Shown one piece after another: positions 16,716-27,198 of a stretch of 45,599 nt of DNA (position 1 is the first letter of the stretch; each line of letters begins with the position of its first letter). Below the pieces are notes generated by a model. That model had not been told where the DNA came from. It did not search any database and saw nothing but the letters and a program-made list of their open reading frames with translations. A program made the position numbers and the translations under genes. This DNA comes from a virus (lineage: Duplodnaviria; Caudoviricetes): the IMG/VR virus record IMGVR_UViG_3300044788_000027, positions 1-45,599 of that record, one strand, 5' to 3'.

Positions 16716-17176
16716 TGCACATCCGCCCGGCGACGGTCGCCGACCGTGCGGCCGTCGTCGGCCTCGGCCTACAGTTCGCCACGACGATGCCCGCCTTCCT
16801 CGAGATCCTCGAGGGCGTGAGCGCCGAGAGCCTCGGCAGCTTGTTCGACCAACTACTCGGCCCGCTCGCCGATCGCGCCGACATCTTGGTCGCCGAAGAC
16901 CGCGGCGGCGAGGTATTCGGGTGCCTGGCGCTCGTCGAGCTCCCGCATGTAATGACGGGCCTGCCCTTCGCAGAGGAAATCGCGTGGTGGGTGCAACCAG
17001 ACCGCCGCGGCCAGCTCGCCGGCGTGCGCCTCTTGACCGCGGCGATGGATTGGACTAGGGCGCGCGGCCTGAAACGCCTTAAGATGGGAGCGCCAGCCGG
17101 CACCCGCGTCGGCGAGTTCTACGAAAGCCAGGGTTTTTGCGCCGTGGAAACGGCTTACCTGAAGGTGCTCGCATGA
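16715..17176 (+). CDS. GNAT acetyltransferase
   Basis: IRPAT..WWVQPDRRGQLAGVRLL..FYESQGF. Confidence 0.85.
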   Translation: MHIRPATVADRAAVVGLGLQFATTMPAFLEILEGVSAESLGSLFDQLLGPLADRADILVAEDRGGEVFGCLALVELPHVMTGLPFAEEIAWWVQPDRRGQLAGVRLLTAAMDWTRARGLKRLKMGAPAGTRVGEFYESQGFCAVETAYLKVLA

Positions 17177-17565
17177 TCGCGTTCTCCCCTGTGCTCGAGA
17201 GCCCCGACACGCTGATCGGCAGTGACGGCCTGGCCTTCACCACGATGGCCCTCATTGCGCTTGGCGCCTACGCCGGCGCGAAGACGATCGAAAACCGCAA
17301 ACAGAAGCAGGCGCTCGAGGCACAGAACCAGCCCACGACGACGCCGGCGCCGACGACGCCCGCCGCGCCCGGCCCCGTCGCGCCGCCGGCGCCACCCCCG
17401 AGCGCCACGACGGCCGCGTCGAACGACACCGGCGCCGCGCGCCTGGCCGCCGACAAGATCAAGAAAAAGGCGACGGCCGGCGGCCTGCCCACGATGCCCC
17501 GCAACCTGGTCGGCATCAATCCCCCGAAGGGCGTCACGATGCCGAAGACGCTGCTCGGAGCCTAA
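17173..17565 (+). CDS. Small virion-associated protein upstream of portal
   Basis: Pro/Ala-rich, ends KTLLG; typical pre-portal position. Confidence 0.65.
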   Translation: MIAFSPVLESPDTLIGSDGLAFTTMALIALGAYAGAKTIENRKQKQALEAQNQPTTTPAPTTPAAPGPVAPPAPPPSATTAASNDTGAARLAADKIKKKATAGGLPTMPRNLVGINPPKGVTMPKTLLGA

Positions 17566-17567
17566 GC

Positions 17568-19319
17568 ATGCCGCCTTACCGCGAGTTCACCACGACCGAT
17601 CGCCGCACGCGCTACGAGCAGCTGCGCAGCGCGCTGATCACCGAACGAAAGAGCGGGTTCGATGCGCATTGGATCGACCTGGCCGACTTCCTCATGCCGC
17701 GGCGCGTGCGCTGGTGGACCGGCGACCGAAACCGCGGCGACAAGCGCAACCAGAACATCATCGACAGCACGGGCCGGTTCAGTGCGCGCACGCTGGCTAG
17801 CGGCCTGCACGCCGGCCTCACCTCGCCCGCCCGTCCCTGGCTGAAACTCACCACGCCCGACCAGTCGCTTGCGAAAGTCCCGGCCGTCAAGCGCTGGCTG
17901 CACGAGGTGACCGAGCGCTTGCTGACGGTGTTCGCGACGACGAACCTCTACAACGTGCTCCCCCTGGTCTATGGCGACCTCGGCATCTTCGGCACGGCGT
18001 GCATGAGCATTCTGCAGGACAGTAAAGATCTGTTCCGCGCCTACAGCTATCCGATCGGCAGCTTCGCGCTCGGCCAGGACCGTCGTGGCCTGGTGACGAC
18101 CTTCGTGCGGGAATACGAGCTCACGGTGCGGCAGATCGTTGAAGATTTTGGCGTGCAGATGGACGGCCGCACGATCGACTGGTCGAGCTTGAGCACGACG
18201 ATCAAAAACCTCTGGGACCGTGGCGACTACGAAACCGCCGTGCCGATCACGTGGCTGGTGCAGCCGAACGAGATGGCCGATCCGAATCGCTTGAGCGCGA
18301 AATATCTGCCCTGGGCGTCCTGTCACTGGGAGAACGGCAGCCAAGAGAAGAAGTTCCTACGAGAAAGCGGCTTCGAGACGTTCCCGATCATGGCGCCCCG
18401 ATGGGACATCACCGGCGAGGACACCTACGGCACCGACTGCCCCGGCATGACCGCGCTCGGCGACGTGCGCCAGCTGCAGATCGAGCAAAAGCGGAAGGGC
18501 CAGGCGATCGCGAAAATGGTGGACCCGGCCCTGGTCGGGCCCTCGGCGCTGCGCACGCAGAAGACCAGCCTGTTGCCGGGCGACATCACGTATGTCGATA
18601 CCCGCGAGGGCATGCAAGGGCTGCGCGCGATCCACGAGGTCGGCCTCAACCTCGAGCACCTCGGCCGAGACATCGGCGAAGTGCAATACCGGATTCAGCG
18701 CGCGTTCTACGAGGATCTGTTCCTCATGCTCGCGCGGTCGGATAACCAGCGCGGTAGCCAGCCCGTCACCGCCCGCGAGATTGACGAACGGCACGAAGAG
18801 AAACTGCTGGCCCTGGGCCCCGTGCTCGAGCGCACGAATGACGAGCTGCTCGACCCGATTGTCGATCGCGTGTATAAGCTGCTCGAGCTGAACCATCTCC
18901 TGCCGACCCCGCCCGACGTGCTCAACGGCGTGACGCTCAAGGTGGAATACATCAGCATCCTCAGCCAAGCACAGAAGCTCGTCGGCGTGGCCGGGCAAGA
19001 TCGGTTCCTGCAGAGCACCGGCGCGCTCGTCGAGCTCTACCCCGACATCCGCCACAAGATCGACATTTTCCAAGTCGTTGACAACTACGCCGACATGCTC
19101 GGCGTCGATCCGAAGATCCTGATCCCGAGCGAGCAGGCGCAGGCGGCCGTGAACGCGGAGCGGCAAGCGCAACAACAGCAAGCGCAGGCCGAGCAGGCCG
19201 TCAATATGACGAAGGCCGCGAAGCAGGCCAGCGAAACCCCCGTCACGGGCGATTCCATGCTCGCGCGCATCGTGAACGGCGCGCAGCAGGCGAATGCTGC
19301 GCAGCCGGTCGGAGGCTAA
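17568..19319 (+). CDS. Portal (head-to-tail connector; T7 gp8/BPP-1 Bbp21-like)
   Basis: IDSTG..LASGL..TSPARPW..FGTA..TAREIDERHEEKLLALGPVLER. Confidence 0.93.
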   Translation: MPPYREFTTTDRRTRYEQLRSALITERKSGFDAHWIDLADFLMPRRVRWWTGDRNRGDKRNQNIIDSTGRFSARTLASGLHAGLTSPARPWLKLTTPDQSLAKVPAVKRWLHEVTERLLTVFATTNLYNVLPLVYGDLGIFGTACMSILQDSKDLFRAYSYPIGSFALGQDRRGLVTTFVREYELTVRQIVEDFGVQMDGRTIDWSSLSTTIKNLWDRGDYETAVPITWLVQPNEMADPNRLSAKYLPWASCHWENGSQEKKFLRESGFETFPIMAPRWDITGEDTYGTDCPGMTALGDVRQLQIEQKRKGQAIAKMVDPALVGPSALRTQKTSLLPGDITYVDTREGMQGLRAIHEVGLNLEHLGRDIGEVQYRIQRAFYEDLFLMLARSDNQRGSQPVTAREIDERHEEKLLALGPVLERTNDELLDPIVDRVYKLLELNHLLPTPPDVLNGVTLKVEYISILSQAQKLVGVAGQDRFLQSTGALVELYPDIRHKIDIFQVVDNYADMLGVDPKILIPSEQAQAAVNAERQAQQQQAQAEQAVNMTKAAKQASETPVTGDSMLARIVNGAQQANAAQPVGG

Positions 19320-19322
19320 CCG

Positions 19323-19682
19323 ATGGACCGAGCGATCACCGGGAACGCCGGCGACCCGCGCGCGGTCAAAACGGCGAAACGCCTGCAGGCCCGCCGGGAA
19401 GCGTTCGCGCTAGACCAGCTCCAGGCCACCCTGAAAACGCCCGCCGGCCGCGCGGTCATTTGGGATCTGCTGACGCGCACGGGCGTCTTCGCGAGCATCT
19501 TTCGCCAGAGTTCCGAGATCTACTACTTGGCCGGCCGCCAGGACGTCGGGCATGAGCTGCTCGCGCTGTGCATGCAGGCCGGCAAGGATCTCTATCTCCT
19601 GATGGAAACCGAAGCGCGGAACCGTCAAGAGCGAGACGACCGAGAAATCGACGCGACGCAAACCGCGCGCGCCGACGAGTAG
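19323..19682 (+). CDS. Bbp19-like protein
   Basis: TPAGRAVIWDLL..GRQDVG; lies between portal and scaffold. Confidence 0.7.
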   Translation: MDRAITGNAGDPRAVKTAKRLQARREAFALDQLQATLKTPAGRAVIWDLLTRTGVFASIFRQSSEIYYLAGRQDVGHELLALCMQAGKDLYLLMETEARNRQERDDREIDATQTARADE

Positions 19683-19693
19683 GAGGGTGGACG

Positions 19694-20422
19694 ATGACAA
19701 CCGCAGCGACGCCCGCGGCACAGGCCACAACCACGGCCGCGGCGACCACGACGGAAGAGGGCAAGAGCAAGACTGCAACGACCGTGGCGGCGGCCAGTGA
19801 ATCCGCAGCCTCGGACGCAGCAGTAAAGGCAGCAGCGGACGAGGCAGCCGCAGAGAAAACGGCCGCCGATGCCACAGCCGCCGACGAGAAAGCCGCCGCA
19901 GCGAAGGCCGCGGAGTCTGCCGCCGGCAAGACCGGCACCACGCAGGCCCCCGACAAGTATGAGCTGCAGCTGCCAGAGGGATCCGAGGCATGGCTCGAGG
20001 CGGCCGATCTCAAAGAAATCGAAACGGTCGCCAAGGCAGAAGGCTGGACGAACGAGCAAGCGCAGGATCGTCTCGACCAACACGCGACCATGATGGTCGC
20101 TCGGTCGGCGGCGTTTCGCGTGGCGACGGAAGCGGATCCGATTTACGGCGGCGAGCACCTCGCCGAAACGGAACGGCACGCGACGCTCGCCCTCGATCGA
20201 CTCCGGCCCGCCGGCACACCCCAGGGCGACGCACTGCGCAAGCTCCTGGTGAAAACCGGATTCGGCAACAACATCGAGGTCGTCTCATTCCTGAGCGACA
20301 TCGGCAAACGCATGGCGGAAGACGTGCCAATCGGCGGCGGCGGCGGCGGGCGGGACAAGGGCGACACGACGAAGAAGCTCTACGACCATCCGACCTCTGT
20401 GGCGCTGTCGAAAGACGCGTAA
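19694..20422 (+). CDS. Capsid scaffolding protein
   Basis: AGGAGG SD; Ala/Thr-rich N-terminus, APDKYEL, GFGNN..IGKRMAED; precedes the capsid gene. Confidence 0.8.
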   Translation: MTTAATPAAQATTTAAATTTEEGKSKTATTVAAASESAASDAAVKAAADEAAAEKTAADATAADEKAAAAKAAESAAGKTGTTQAPDKYELQLPEGSEAWLEAADLKEIETVAKAEGWTNEQAQDRLDQHATMMVARSAAFRVATEADPIYGGEHLAETERHATLALDRLRPAGTPQGDALRKLLVKTGFGNNIEVVSFLSDIGKRMAEDVPIGGGGGGRDKGDTTKKLYDHPTSVALSKDA

Positions 20423-20442
20423 CCGCCGGGGAGAATTGAATC

Positions 20443-21441
20443 ATGGCAGCACTGGGCACTGGCAATCTGACGCTCGCCGACTGGGCGAAGCGGCTCGACC
20501 CCGATGGGAAAGTTCCCCAGGTCGTCGAGCTCCTGCAGCAGTCGAACGAGATCCTCGACGACATGACGTTCATCGAAGGCAACCTGCCGACCGGGCACCG
20601 CACGACGGTGCGGACGGGCCTGCCGGCTGTCGCGTGGCGCTTGCTCAACCAGGGCGTCGTGCCCTCGAAGAGCACGACCGCGCAGATCGACGAGCAGGCG
20701 GGCATGCTCGAGGCGTGGAGCGAGGTGGACAAAGATCTGGCGCTGCTCAACGGCAACGTCAACGCCTTCCGTCTGTCGGAAGCCACCGCGTTCATCGAAG
20801 CGATGAATCAGGAGATGGGCCGCGTGCTCTTCTACGGGAACGCCGGCGTCGCGCCGGAACAGTTCACGGGCATGAGCGTGCGCTACAGCAACAGCGCCGC
20901 GACCAACGCCGACAACGTGATCAAGGCTGGCGGCGTCGGCGCCGACAACACCTCGATCTGGTTGATCGCCTGGGGCCCCGAAACGATCACGGGCATCTTT
21001 CCCAAGGGCAGCAAGGCCGGGCTCATTCACGAAGACTTCGGCGAGGTGACCGTGGACATGACGGCTGGCCTGCCCGGCGCCAGGATGCGCGCGCTGCAGG
21101 AGCGGTTCCAGTGGAAGAACGGCATCGCGGTCAAGGACTGGCGCTATGCCTGCCGCATCTGCAACATCGACATCAGTGACCTGGGCGGCGCGCCGCCGAT
21201 CACGACCATCATCGACGCGATGGAGCGGGCCGTGGAAACCATCCCGAACGAGCTCGGGAAAAAGGTGTTCTACATGAACCGCACGATCCGGCGGTTCCTG
21301 CGGAAAGAAGTGCGGGAGGCGGTCGGCCGTGGCGGCGGGCTGACGTATGAGAACTACGCCGGCAAACGCACGCTCATGTTCGACGACATCCCGATCCGCC
21401 GCGTGGACCAGCTGATCAACGCGGAGGCGCTCGTGCCGTAG
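20443..21441 (+). CDS. Major capsid protein (BPP-1 Bbp17-like)
   Basis: TLADWAKR..ELLQQSNEIL..EGNLPTGHRTTVRTGLP..DWRY..RICNID. Confidence 0.92.
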   Translation: MAALGTGNLTLADWAKRLDPDGKVPQVVELLQQSNEILDDMTFIEGNLPTGHRTTVRTGLPAVAWRLLNQGVVPSKSTTAQIDEQAGMLEAWSEVDKDLALLNGNVNAFRLSEATAFIEAMNQEMGRVLFYGNAGVAPEQFTGMSVRYSNSAATNADNVIKAGGVGADNTSIWLIAWGPETITGIFPKGSKAGLIHEDFGEVTVDMTAGLPGARMRALQERFQWKNGIAVKDWRYACRICNIDISDLGGAPPITTIIDAMERAVETIPNELGKKVFYMNRTIRRFLRKEVREAVGRGGGLTYENYAGKRTLMFDDIPIRRVDQLINAEALVP

Positions 21442-21494
21442 CGTCCCGACGTCGGGATCTCCGGTTTTTGCGAAACTTTTCAGGAGGGTCAATC

Positions 21495-21923
21495 ATGTTT
21501 CTCGATGCACTTACCTTGGTCAGCGACGCGCAGGCCTTCGGGGCCGCGGCAGTCTCGACCAATTCGATCGACCTGGGCAACGTCACCCCGAAGCGCGAAA
21601 TCGGCACCGGCGAGCCGATGGGCTTCGGCTTTCAAATCGATGTGTCGGGCACCGTGGCGGCCTCGCTCGTCGAGATCATCAGCGCAACCGACGCGGCGCT
21701 CACCGCCGGCATCCTCGTCGAAGGCAGCTTGACGATCCCGCTCGCCGCGGCGCTCGCGGGATCGTTGTGGTTCGTGCCCTTGCCGATGGGCCGACCGACG
21801 CAGCGGTTCCTCGGCATCCGCGTCACCACGGCCGGCGGCACGATCACCGCGACCAGCTGGCTGACGGCGCATTCGATGTTCTCGATTCTGGCGAAGGTCT
21901 ACGCGAAGGCGTTCGTCGCGTAG
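21495..21923 (+). CDS. Capsid cement protein (Bbp16-like)
   Basis: MFLDA..SDAQA..STNSIDLG..GTGEP..RFLG. Confidence 0.75.
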   Translation: MFLDALTLVSDAQAFGAAAVSTNSIDLGNVTPKREIGTGEPMGFGFQIDVSGTVAASLVEIISATDAALTAGILVEGSLTIPLAAALAGSLWFVPLPMGRPTQRFLGIRVTTAGGTITATSWLTAHSMFSILAKVYAKAFVA

Positions 21924-21998
21924 TCGGATCGTGTTCCCGCGCGCGCCGGCTGTCCTCACGTTGAGGCGGCCGGCGTTCGCATTTCCCGCGAGGTTGAG

Positions 21999-22475
21999 AT
22001 GGCACCAATCAAGACACTCCCCCCGAAGAAAGGCGGGCCCGCGGCCCGATCGATCGAGAACGTCAACCGCGCCGCGCGTCCGCTGGCCCCGCGGCCCCCA
22101 CGCGATACGACCACGCCCGTGCGCGTGCGCGCGCTCAAAGTTGTCTACTACGACGACAAGCTGCGCCGGCCGGGTGACGTGTTCAGCATCAGCGGCCGGA
22201 CGAACAAGCACGGCGAGCTCGCCGAGTTCAGTCATGTCGCGATGGAGCGGTGCGATCCGCACGAGCCGGAGAAGATTACCGGCAGCCAGGAGGCGCTCGA
22301 TCGCGAACACGAAGACATTCGGGCCGGCCGCGCCGCCGCCCGTCAGCAGGACAACCCCGATCCCGAAGCGCGGATGATTCCCGGTGATCGTCGCCCGGCC
22401 GCAACCATTCCCGGCGCGAATCGCCCGTCAGCCGTGGCGACCGGCCACGGCGATCCGCTCGGCGCCGACGACTAA
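21999..22475 (+). CDS. Hypothetical virion-module protein
   Basis: VRALKVVYYDDKLRRPGDVF pattern typical of post-capsid genes. Confidence 0.65.
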   Translation: MAPIKTLPPKKGGPAARSIENVNRAARPLAPRPPRDTTTPVRVRALKVVYYDDKLRRPGDVFSISGRTNKHGELAEFSHVAMERCDPHEPEKITGSQEALDREHEDIRAGRAAARQQDNPDPEARMIPGDRRPAATIPGANRPSAVATGHGDPLGADD

Positions 22476-22551
22476 CCGCTCGCAAAGGTGCCGGCGCGCT
22501 GACAAGGCCGACCAGGCCGGCGCGCCGGCCCACGTGTAGGAGTAGCGATCG

Positions 22552-25500
22552 ATGGCCCACAAAGACGAATACCTGCCCTACACGATCTATCTCAACGATC
22601 TCGACTACTACAATTCACGGTTCATCACGCCCACGAATCCGGGCGCCGAGGTGACGCTCGACCCGCCGAACGACAAAGTAAACCGATCCCCGCAGGACGC
22701 GGCCACCGTCTACGGCGCCGACCTCACAACGCTCGGCAAGTGGACCGGCGGCGACCTGCCGATTCAGTTCGACCCGCGCGATCCCTTCAGCTCGCCGAGC
22801 GTGCGCTCGACCTGGTTCGGCTCGAGCGCGCCCTCGACCGAGGATCAATTCCCGCTCGATGTGCTGACCTTTGTGCGCAAGAGCGGCGGCTGGTTCGGCA
22901 TCAGCTGGTTGTTTGGGACCAAGACCACGTATCACTGGATCGGGCGCTTTGAGTATTCGCCCGGCCTGGGTGCCGGCGTCGCCGGCGACGTCGTCGCCTT
23001 GCCGATGCCGCGCCGCCGGTGGATTGACGGCGCCGAGCTCCCGCTGAACGGCGAAGGCGGTTCGAGCGCGACGGCCGACTCGGCGCGCCGCGCCTCGCGC
23101 AGCCCGCAAGGCTACGGCTATACGTTTGACAGCACCCTGGGCACCAAGGTGCACGACCATACGGAAAACGGCGCCGCGGTCGCCCCGAGCGCGTGGGAGC
23201 GGATCTACGTGCGGTTCGTGCGGTTTCCCGACGCGCCCACGCGGATCTGGCGCTGTAGCAACACCATCAGCGCCGGCGGCCCAATGATCACGATCACCGC
23301 AGGCGGCGCGCTGACCCTCAACGACTTCGACGGGGTGAGCACGGCGACGCCTATCGGGTCGATGGGCACGATGGTCATCGGCACCTGGTATAAGCTCGAC
23401 CTGGTTTACAGCTTTGGCGCGCTCGGCGCGACGCTGCCCTACTTCAAGGCCTACCTGAACGGCACGAAAGTGATCGACGTCGTGGGCGCATCCTTGCCCG
23501 CGATGCAGGGCGGCACGAAAAACTGCTCCCAGAGCATTATCGGCGGCGGCACGCCAGCCGGCGGCGCGAACAACGGCATCTGGCACGCCGACGACTGGAT
23601 CGGCGCGGACGTGCCCGCGGTCGGCTATGAGATCGGCACCCAGAACGATTTCATTGTCGGCTCGCGCGTCCTGGCGCTCGGCGCGAACGCCTTCGCCAGT
23701 GATCACGGCACCTGGGCCGGCGACTGGCGCCTGACGCGGCAACGGCCCGTCACCACCGGCGTCGCGCAACAAGTCACGTCGAGCACGAGCGGCGCGATCC
23801 TGGGCGTCGTGGCCGATGCCGCGATCGAGGTGGATGGCCAGGCGAACCAGCAGGGCATCGTGGCGCTGTGCGTCGGCCTCTTCAGTGATAAGGGGGGCGC
23901 CGGCGCGAACGGCACGCTCGGCTGGAAACTCCCCGGCGGCGCCAACGACCTCGCGGCGATCGTCCAGACCGGCGGATCATTCTCCTGGACGAGCCGCTTG
24001 TATCGGCCGGCTGGCCTGATCGTGCCGCTGACGCCGCTGTCGGGCCTCGAGCTGAAGCACCAGAAGGGCGCCAGCGTGGACCCGGCCAAGGTGCAGGCCC
24101 TTATGGCCGTCGCCGAAGTCATCGGCGTGTTCGGCGACGAGGACGTCTACCCGCAGGGCGCGCTCGGCAGCCCCATCGCGCAGCCCGTCGCCAGCGTGCA
24201 GAGGCATTTCGGGATCCATAACGCGCCCTACCCGCACACCCCGTGGTGCAAGGACATGAGCACGGCGCCCCAGGGCATCGTGGTCGTCAAGACCGGCCAG
24301 TATGTCGGCAACGGCACGTTCCAAGATTTGAAGTTCCGCGCGCCCGTGCACTTCCTGTGGATTCGGCCGGAGTCCGGCGGCACCGGCGGCGTGCAGTGGT
24401 TCTCGAGCATGAACGCGGCGCATCGACATGGCACCCGCGCCTACATGCCCGAGGCGCTGCTCGAGGTGCTCATCGATCCGACGTTCGTGCAGGGCGATGC
24501 CGTCGAGACGAACATGGATCTGCCGGCGGCGCCCGACAACCTCGAGGAAGCGATCGCGCTCTCGAATCAGCTGGCGTTCGGCTTTCACAAGAACGACAGC
24601 TCATACGTCGGATGGGCGCCCTACCTCGACGATCCGGTCTACTTCTTCGGCCGCATGCTTGGGAGCGGCAGCGAGGGCGGCCCCGATGAAGCGGTGGCCG
24701 GCTTGTATGCCGTGCCGCCGACGCCCTGGCTGTCTACACAGCAGCAACAGACGATCATCCGTCTCGCCGGCACCGATGCCGACGTGAACGCGGTCGGCGT
24801 CAACTACAACTACCTCGCGTGGTGCGATCCCGCGATGGCGCACAGCGAGGCGGGCGCGCTGGCGGCCTGGGCGTTCAACGGCGACATTCTGAGCGCCCTC
24901 GACAACGAAGCGTTTACGCCGGAAACCGTGCTGCTCATGCGCGAGCAGGATGGCGCGAGCTCCAACCAAGAGCTCTACATGAAAGGCCTTGGCAGCGCGG
25001 CGTCCGCGATCAGCCTGATCACCGGGGCCGAGGTGGCGAGCGGCCTCGCCGTGACGAATGGCGCGATGACCTACAAGGCGGGCCTGCTGCTCGCCGGCGC
25101 GAACCAGCACGCCTATATCGCGTTCCGCCGTCTCAACGCCGCGACCAGCGTGGCCGCCGCGACGGCGATCCAGATGGCGACCTACACCGGCGACGGCGGG
25201 GCGGCGAAGATTATCCCGCTGCCCGCCACGGGCAAGCGCCCGATGTGGGTGCTGATCGTCGGCCATAACGGCACCTCGTTCATCCGCGACCCCTATCACA
25301 CGGGCACGACGAGCACGCAGCTGCCGAACACCGCGAACGCCTCGACGGGGATCACGGCCGGCGCGGTTGACTCGCTCACGGTCGGCTCAGCCGCGAATAC
25401 CAACGGCATCATCTTCGACGTGTTGGTCTTCCTGGGGTGTGGCAGCGGCGTCGGGAATAACGGGTGGGGGCCAAATGGTGAGTGCATTCCCGAGGATCCC

Positions 25501-27198
25501 GAGGGGCCCGAGGATCCGCCGTGGGATCCGCCGCCGGAACCGCCAACGGGCCCGCCGACCGACCCGCCGTTTGACCCTGGGCCCGGCGGCAAAGACTTCG
25601 GCACGCAGTGCATCGGCCCGAGCACGGACCTGATCAATCAGGCGCTCTCACGCATCGGCGTGAGCAAGCAGATCGATGACGTGCTTAACGAGGCGACCAA
25701 GGAAGCGGTCGCCGCGCGCCTACACTACTCGCGCGACGTCAACGCCGTGCTGCGGGATTTCCCGTGGCCGTTCGCCACGCACTTCGCGACGCTCGATCTG
25801 GTCGCCGGCCCGACGCCCGTAGCGTCACCGGACTGGACCTATGCCTACCAGCAGCCGATCGATTGCGTGTTCGAGCGGCGCATCTGCCTACCGCGAGGCG
25901 ACGCGGTCGATCCGACGCCCCCGCCGTTTCAGTTGAGCACGAAGGCGGCCGTCACCAACAACCCGATTCCGATCCCCGTCACCAGCAATAGCATCGCGAA
26001 TCCGACCGTGCTCACGTTTGCCGCGGCGCACGGCCGCACCACCGGCGACATCTGCGTCGTCGCCGGGGTCACCGGCAGTATCCCCGACATCAACGGACTC
26101 TGGCAGGTGACCGTCATCGACCCGACGCACCTCTCGGTGCCGCGCAATGTCACCACGGGCGGCCTCGGCGGCACATTGACACCGCCGGAGATCGTCATCA
26201 CGCCGGCCATCAACCTGATCTACACAAATCAGGCCGGCGCCGTGCTCGAATACACCTGCCGGCCTGACTGCTCGGCCGGCCTGGGCGATCCGTTGTTCCG
26301 CGAGGCGCTCATCTGGAAACACGCGAGCAGCCTGGCGCCGGCGCTCTCGCGGATGACCGAGGCGGCCGTGAACGCGACCAAGATGTATCTGGCCGCCATC
26401 GACAACGCGACGAACGTGTTGCGACCGGGCAATCCCGGCCGGCCGAGCACGGCCACCGCCACGATCGACACCAGCGCCGCGGCGATCGCCGCCAACCTGG
26501 GCGTCGTGAACCGTGCGCTGATCCGCATCGGCGCGCAGACCATCACCAGCTTGACCGCCGACCAAGGCCGCGAGGCGACGGCCGCGCGCCTGGTGTTCGA
26601 GGACGAGCTGCTTTCCGTGCTGATGGATCATTCCTGGGCCTTCGCCACGGCCTACGCGGATCCGCTGGTGCTCGTTGGCGGCACGGCACTGGTGCCCGTC
26701 AACAAGGACTGGCAATACAGCTATCGAGCGCCGATCGATCTCGTGCGCGCTCGGCGCGTGGTCAACCAGGCCACCGGCCGGCGCTACGATCCAAACCCGC
26801 CGGCGTTCCGGCTCGGCCGGGACGCGACCGGCGAGCTTGTGTTCACCAACGAACAGGATCCCGTGGTGCTCGAATACACGACGCGCCTGGATGGCGCCGT
26901 GTATCGAAGTGACGCGCTGTTCCGCGATGCCTTCGCCTGGCGCCTGGCCGCGGCGCTCGCGCCGAGCCTCGCGAATCCTGACCCAGAGAAGATCGAGCAA
27001 CTGGGCCGGGGGACGGACGATCCGAGGGAACGGTTGACCCGCACGCCCAAAGCCACCAAGCAACAGCTGCGGCAGTTCGTCGCCCGCGAGGCGTTCAAGA
27101 TGTATTTGCACACGCTCGACATTGCGAAGGTGGCCGACTCGAACGAGCAGCAGCAGGAACCGGAAGGGCAAGCCGATTGGATTACGGGGCGGCAGTAG
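22552..27198 (+). CDS. Large beta-rich (lectin-like) protein fused to two tandem tail-adaptor (tubular protein A / T7 gp11-like) domains
   Basis: Two copies of N.AL.RIG..EA.AARL..VL.D..W.FAT..DW.Y.Y..PID; sits in the adaptor slot before the nozzle. Confidence 0.75.
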   Translation: MAHKDEYLPYTIYLNDLDYYNSRFITPTNPGAEVTLDPPNDKVNRSPQDAATVYGADLTTLGKWTGGDLPIQFDPRDPFSSPSVRSTWFGSSAPSTEDQFPLDVLTFVRKSGGWFGISWLFGTKTTYHWIGRFEYSPGLGAGVAGDVVALPMPRRRWIDGAELPLNGEGGSSATADSARRASRSPQGYGYTFDSTLGTKVHDHTENGAAVAPSAWERIYVRFVRFPDAPTRIWRCSNTISAGGPMITITAGGALTLNDFDGVSTATPIGSMGTMVIGTWYKLDLVYSFGALGATLPYFKAYLNGTKVIDVVGASLPAMQGGTKNCSQSIIGGGTPAGGANNGIWHADDWIGADVPAVGYEIGTQNDFIVGSRVLALGANAFASDHGTWAGDWRLTRQRPVTTGVAQQVTSSTSGAILGVVADAAIEVDGQANQQGIVALCVGLFSDKGGAGANGTLGWKLPGGANDLAAIVQTGGSFSWTSRLYRPAGLIVPLTPLSGLELKHQKGASVDPAKVQALMAVAEVIGVFGDEDVYPQGALGSPIAQPVASVQRHFGIHNAPYPHTPWCKDMSTAPQGIVVVKTGQYVGNGTFQDLKFRAPVHFLWIRPESGGTGGVQWFSSMNAAHRHGTRAYMPEALLEVLIDPTFVQGDAVETNMDLPAAPDNLEEAIALSNQLAFGFHKNDSSYVGWAPYLDDPVYFFGRMLGSGSEGGPDEAVAGLYAVPPTPWLSTQQQQTIIRLAGTDADVNAVGVNYNYLAWCDPAMAHSEAGALAAWAFNGDILSALDNEAFTPETVLLMREQDGASSNQELYMKGLGSAASAISLITGAEVASGLAVTNGAMTYKAGLLLAGANQHAYIAFRRLNAATSVAAATAIQMATYTGDGGAAKIIPLPATGKRPMWVLIVGHNGTSFIRDPYHTGTTSTQLPNTANASTGITAGAVDSLTVGSAANTNGIIFDVLVFLGCGSGVGNNGWGPNGECIPEDPEGPEDPPWDPPPEPPTGPPTDPPFDPGPGGKDFGTQCIGPSTDLINQALSRIGVSKQIDDVLNEATKEAVAARLHYSRDVNAVLRDFPWPFATHFATLDLVAGPTPVASPDWTYAYQQPIDCVFERRICLPRGDAVDPTPPPFQLSTKAAVTNNPIPIPVTSNSIANPTVLTFAAAHGRTTGDICVVAGVTGSIPDINGLWQVTVIDPTHLSVPRNVTTGGLGGTLTPPEIVITPAINLIYTNQAGAVLEYTCRPDCSAGLGDPLFREALIWKHASSLAPALSRMTEAAVNATKMYLAAIDNATNVLRPGNPGRPSTATATIDTSAAAIAANLGVVNRALIRIGAQTITSLTADQGREATAARLVFEDELLSVLMDHSWAFATAYADPLVLVGGTALVPVNKDWQYSYRAPIDLVRARRVVNQATGRRYDPNPPAFRLGRDATGELVFTNEQDPVVLEYTTRLDGAVYRSDALFRDAFAWRLAAALAPSLANPDPEKIEQLGRGTDDPRERLTRTPKATKQQLRQFVAREAFKMYLHTLDIAKVADSNEQQQEPEGQADWITGRQ

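Noticed and set aside
21442-21480. Terminator after the capsid gene (TCCCGACGTCGGGA ... TTTTT)
   Set aside because: Loopless palindrome separated from the T run; too weak to call.
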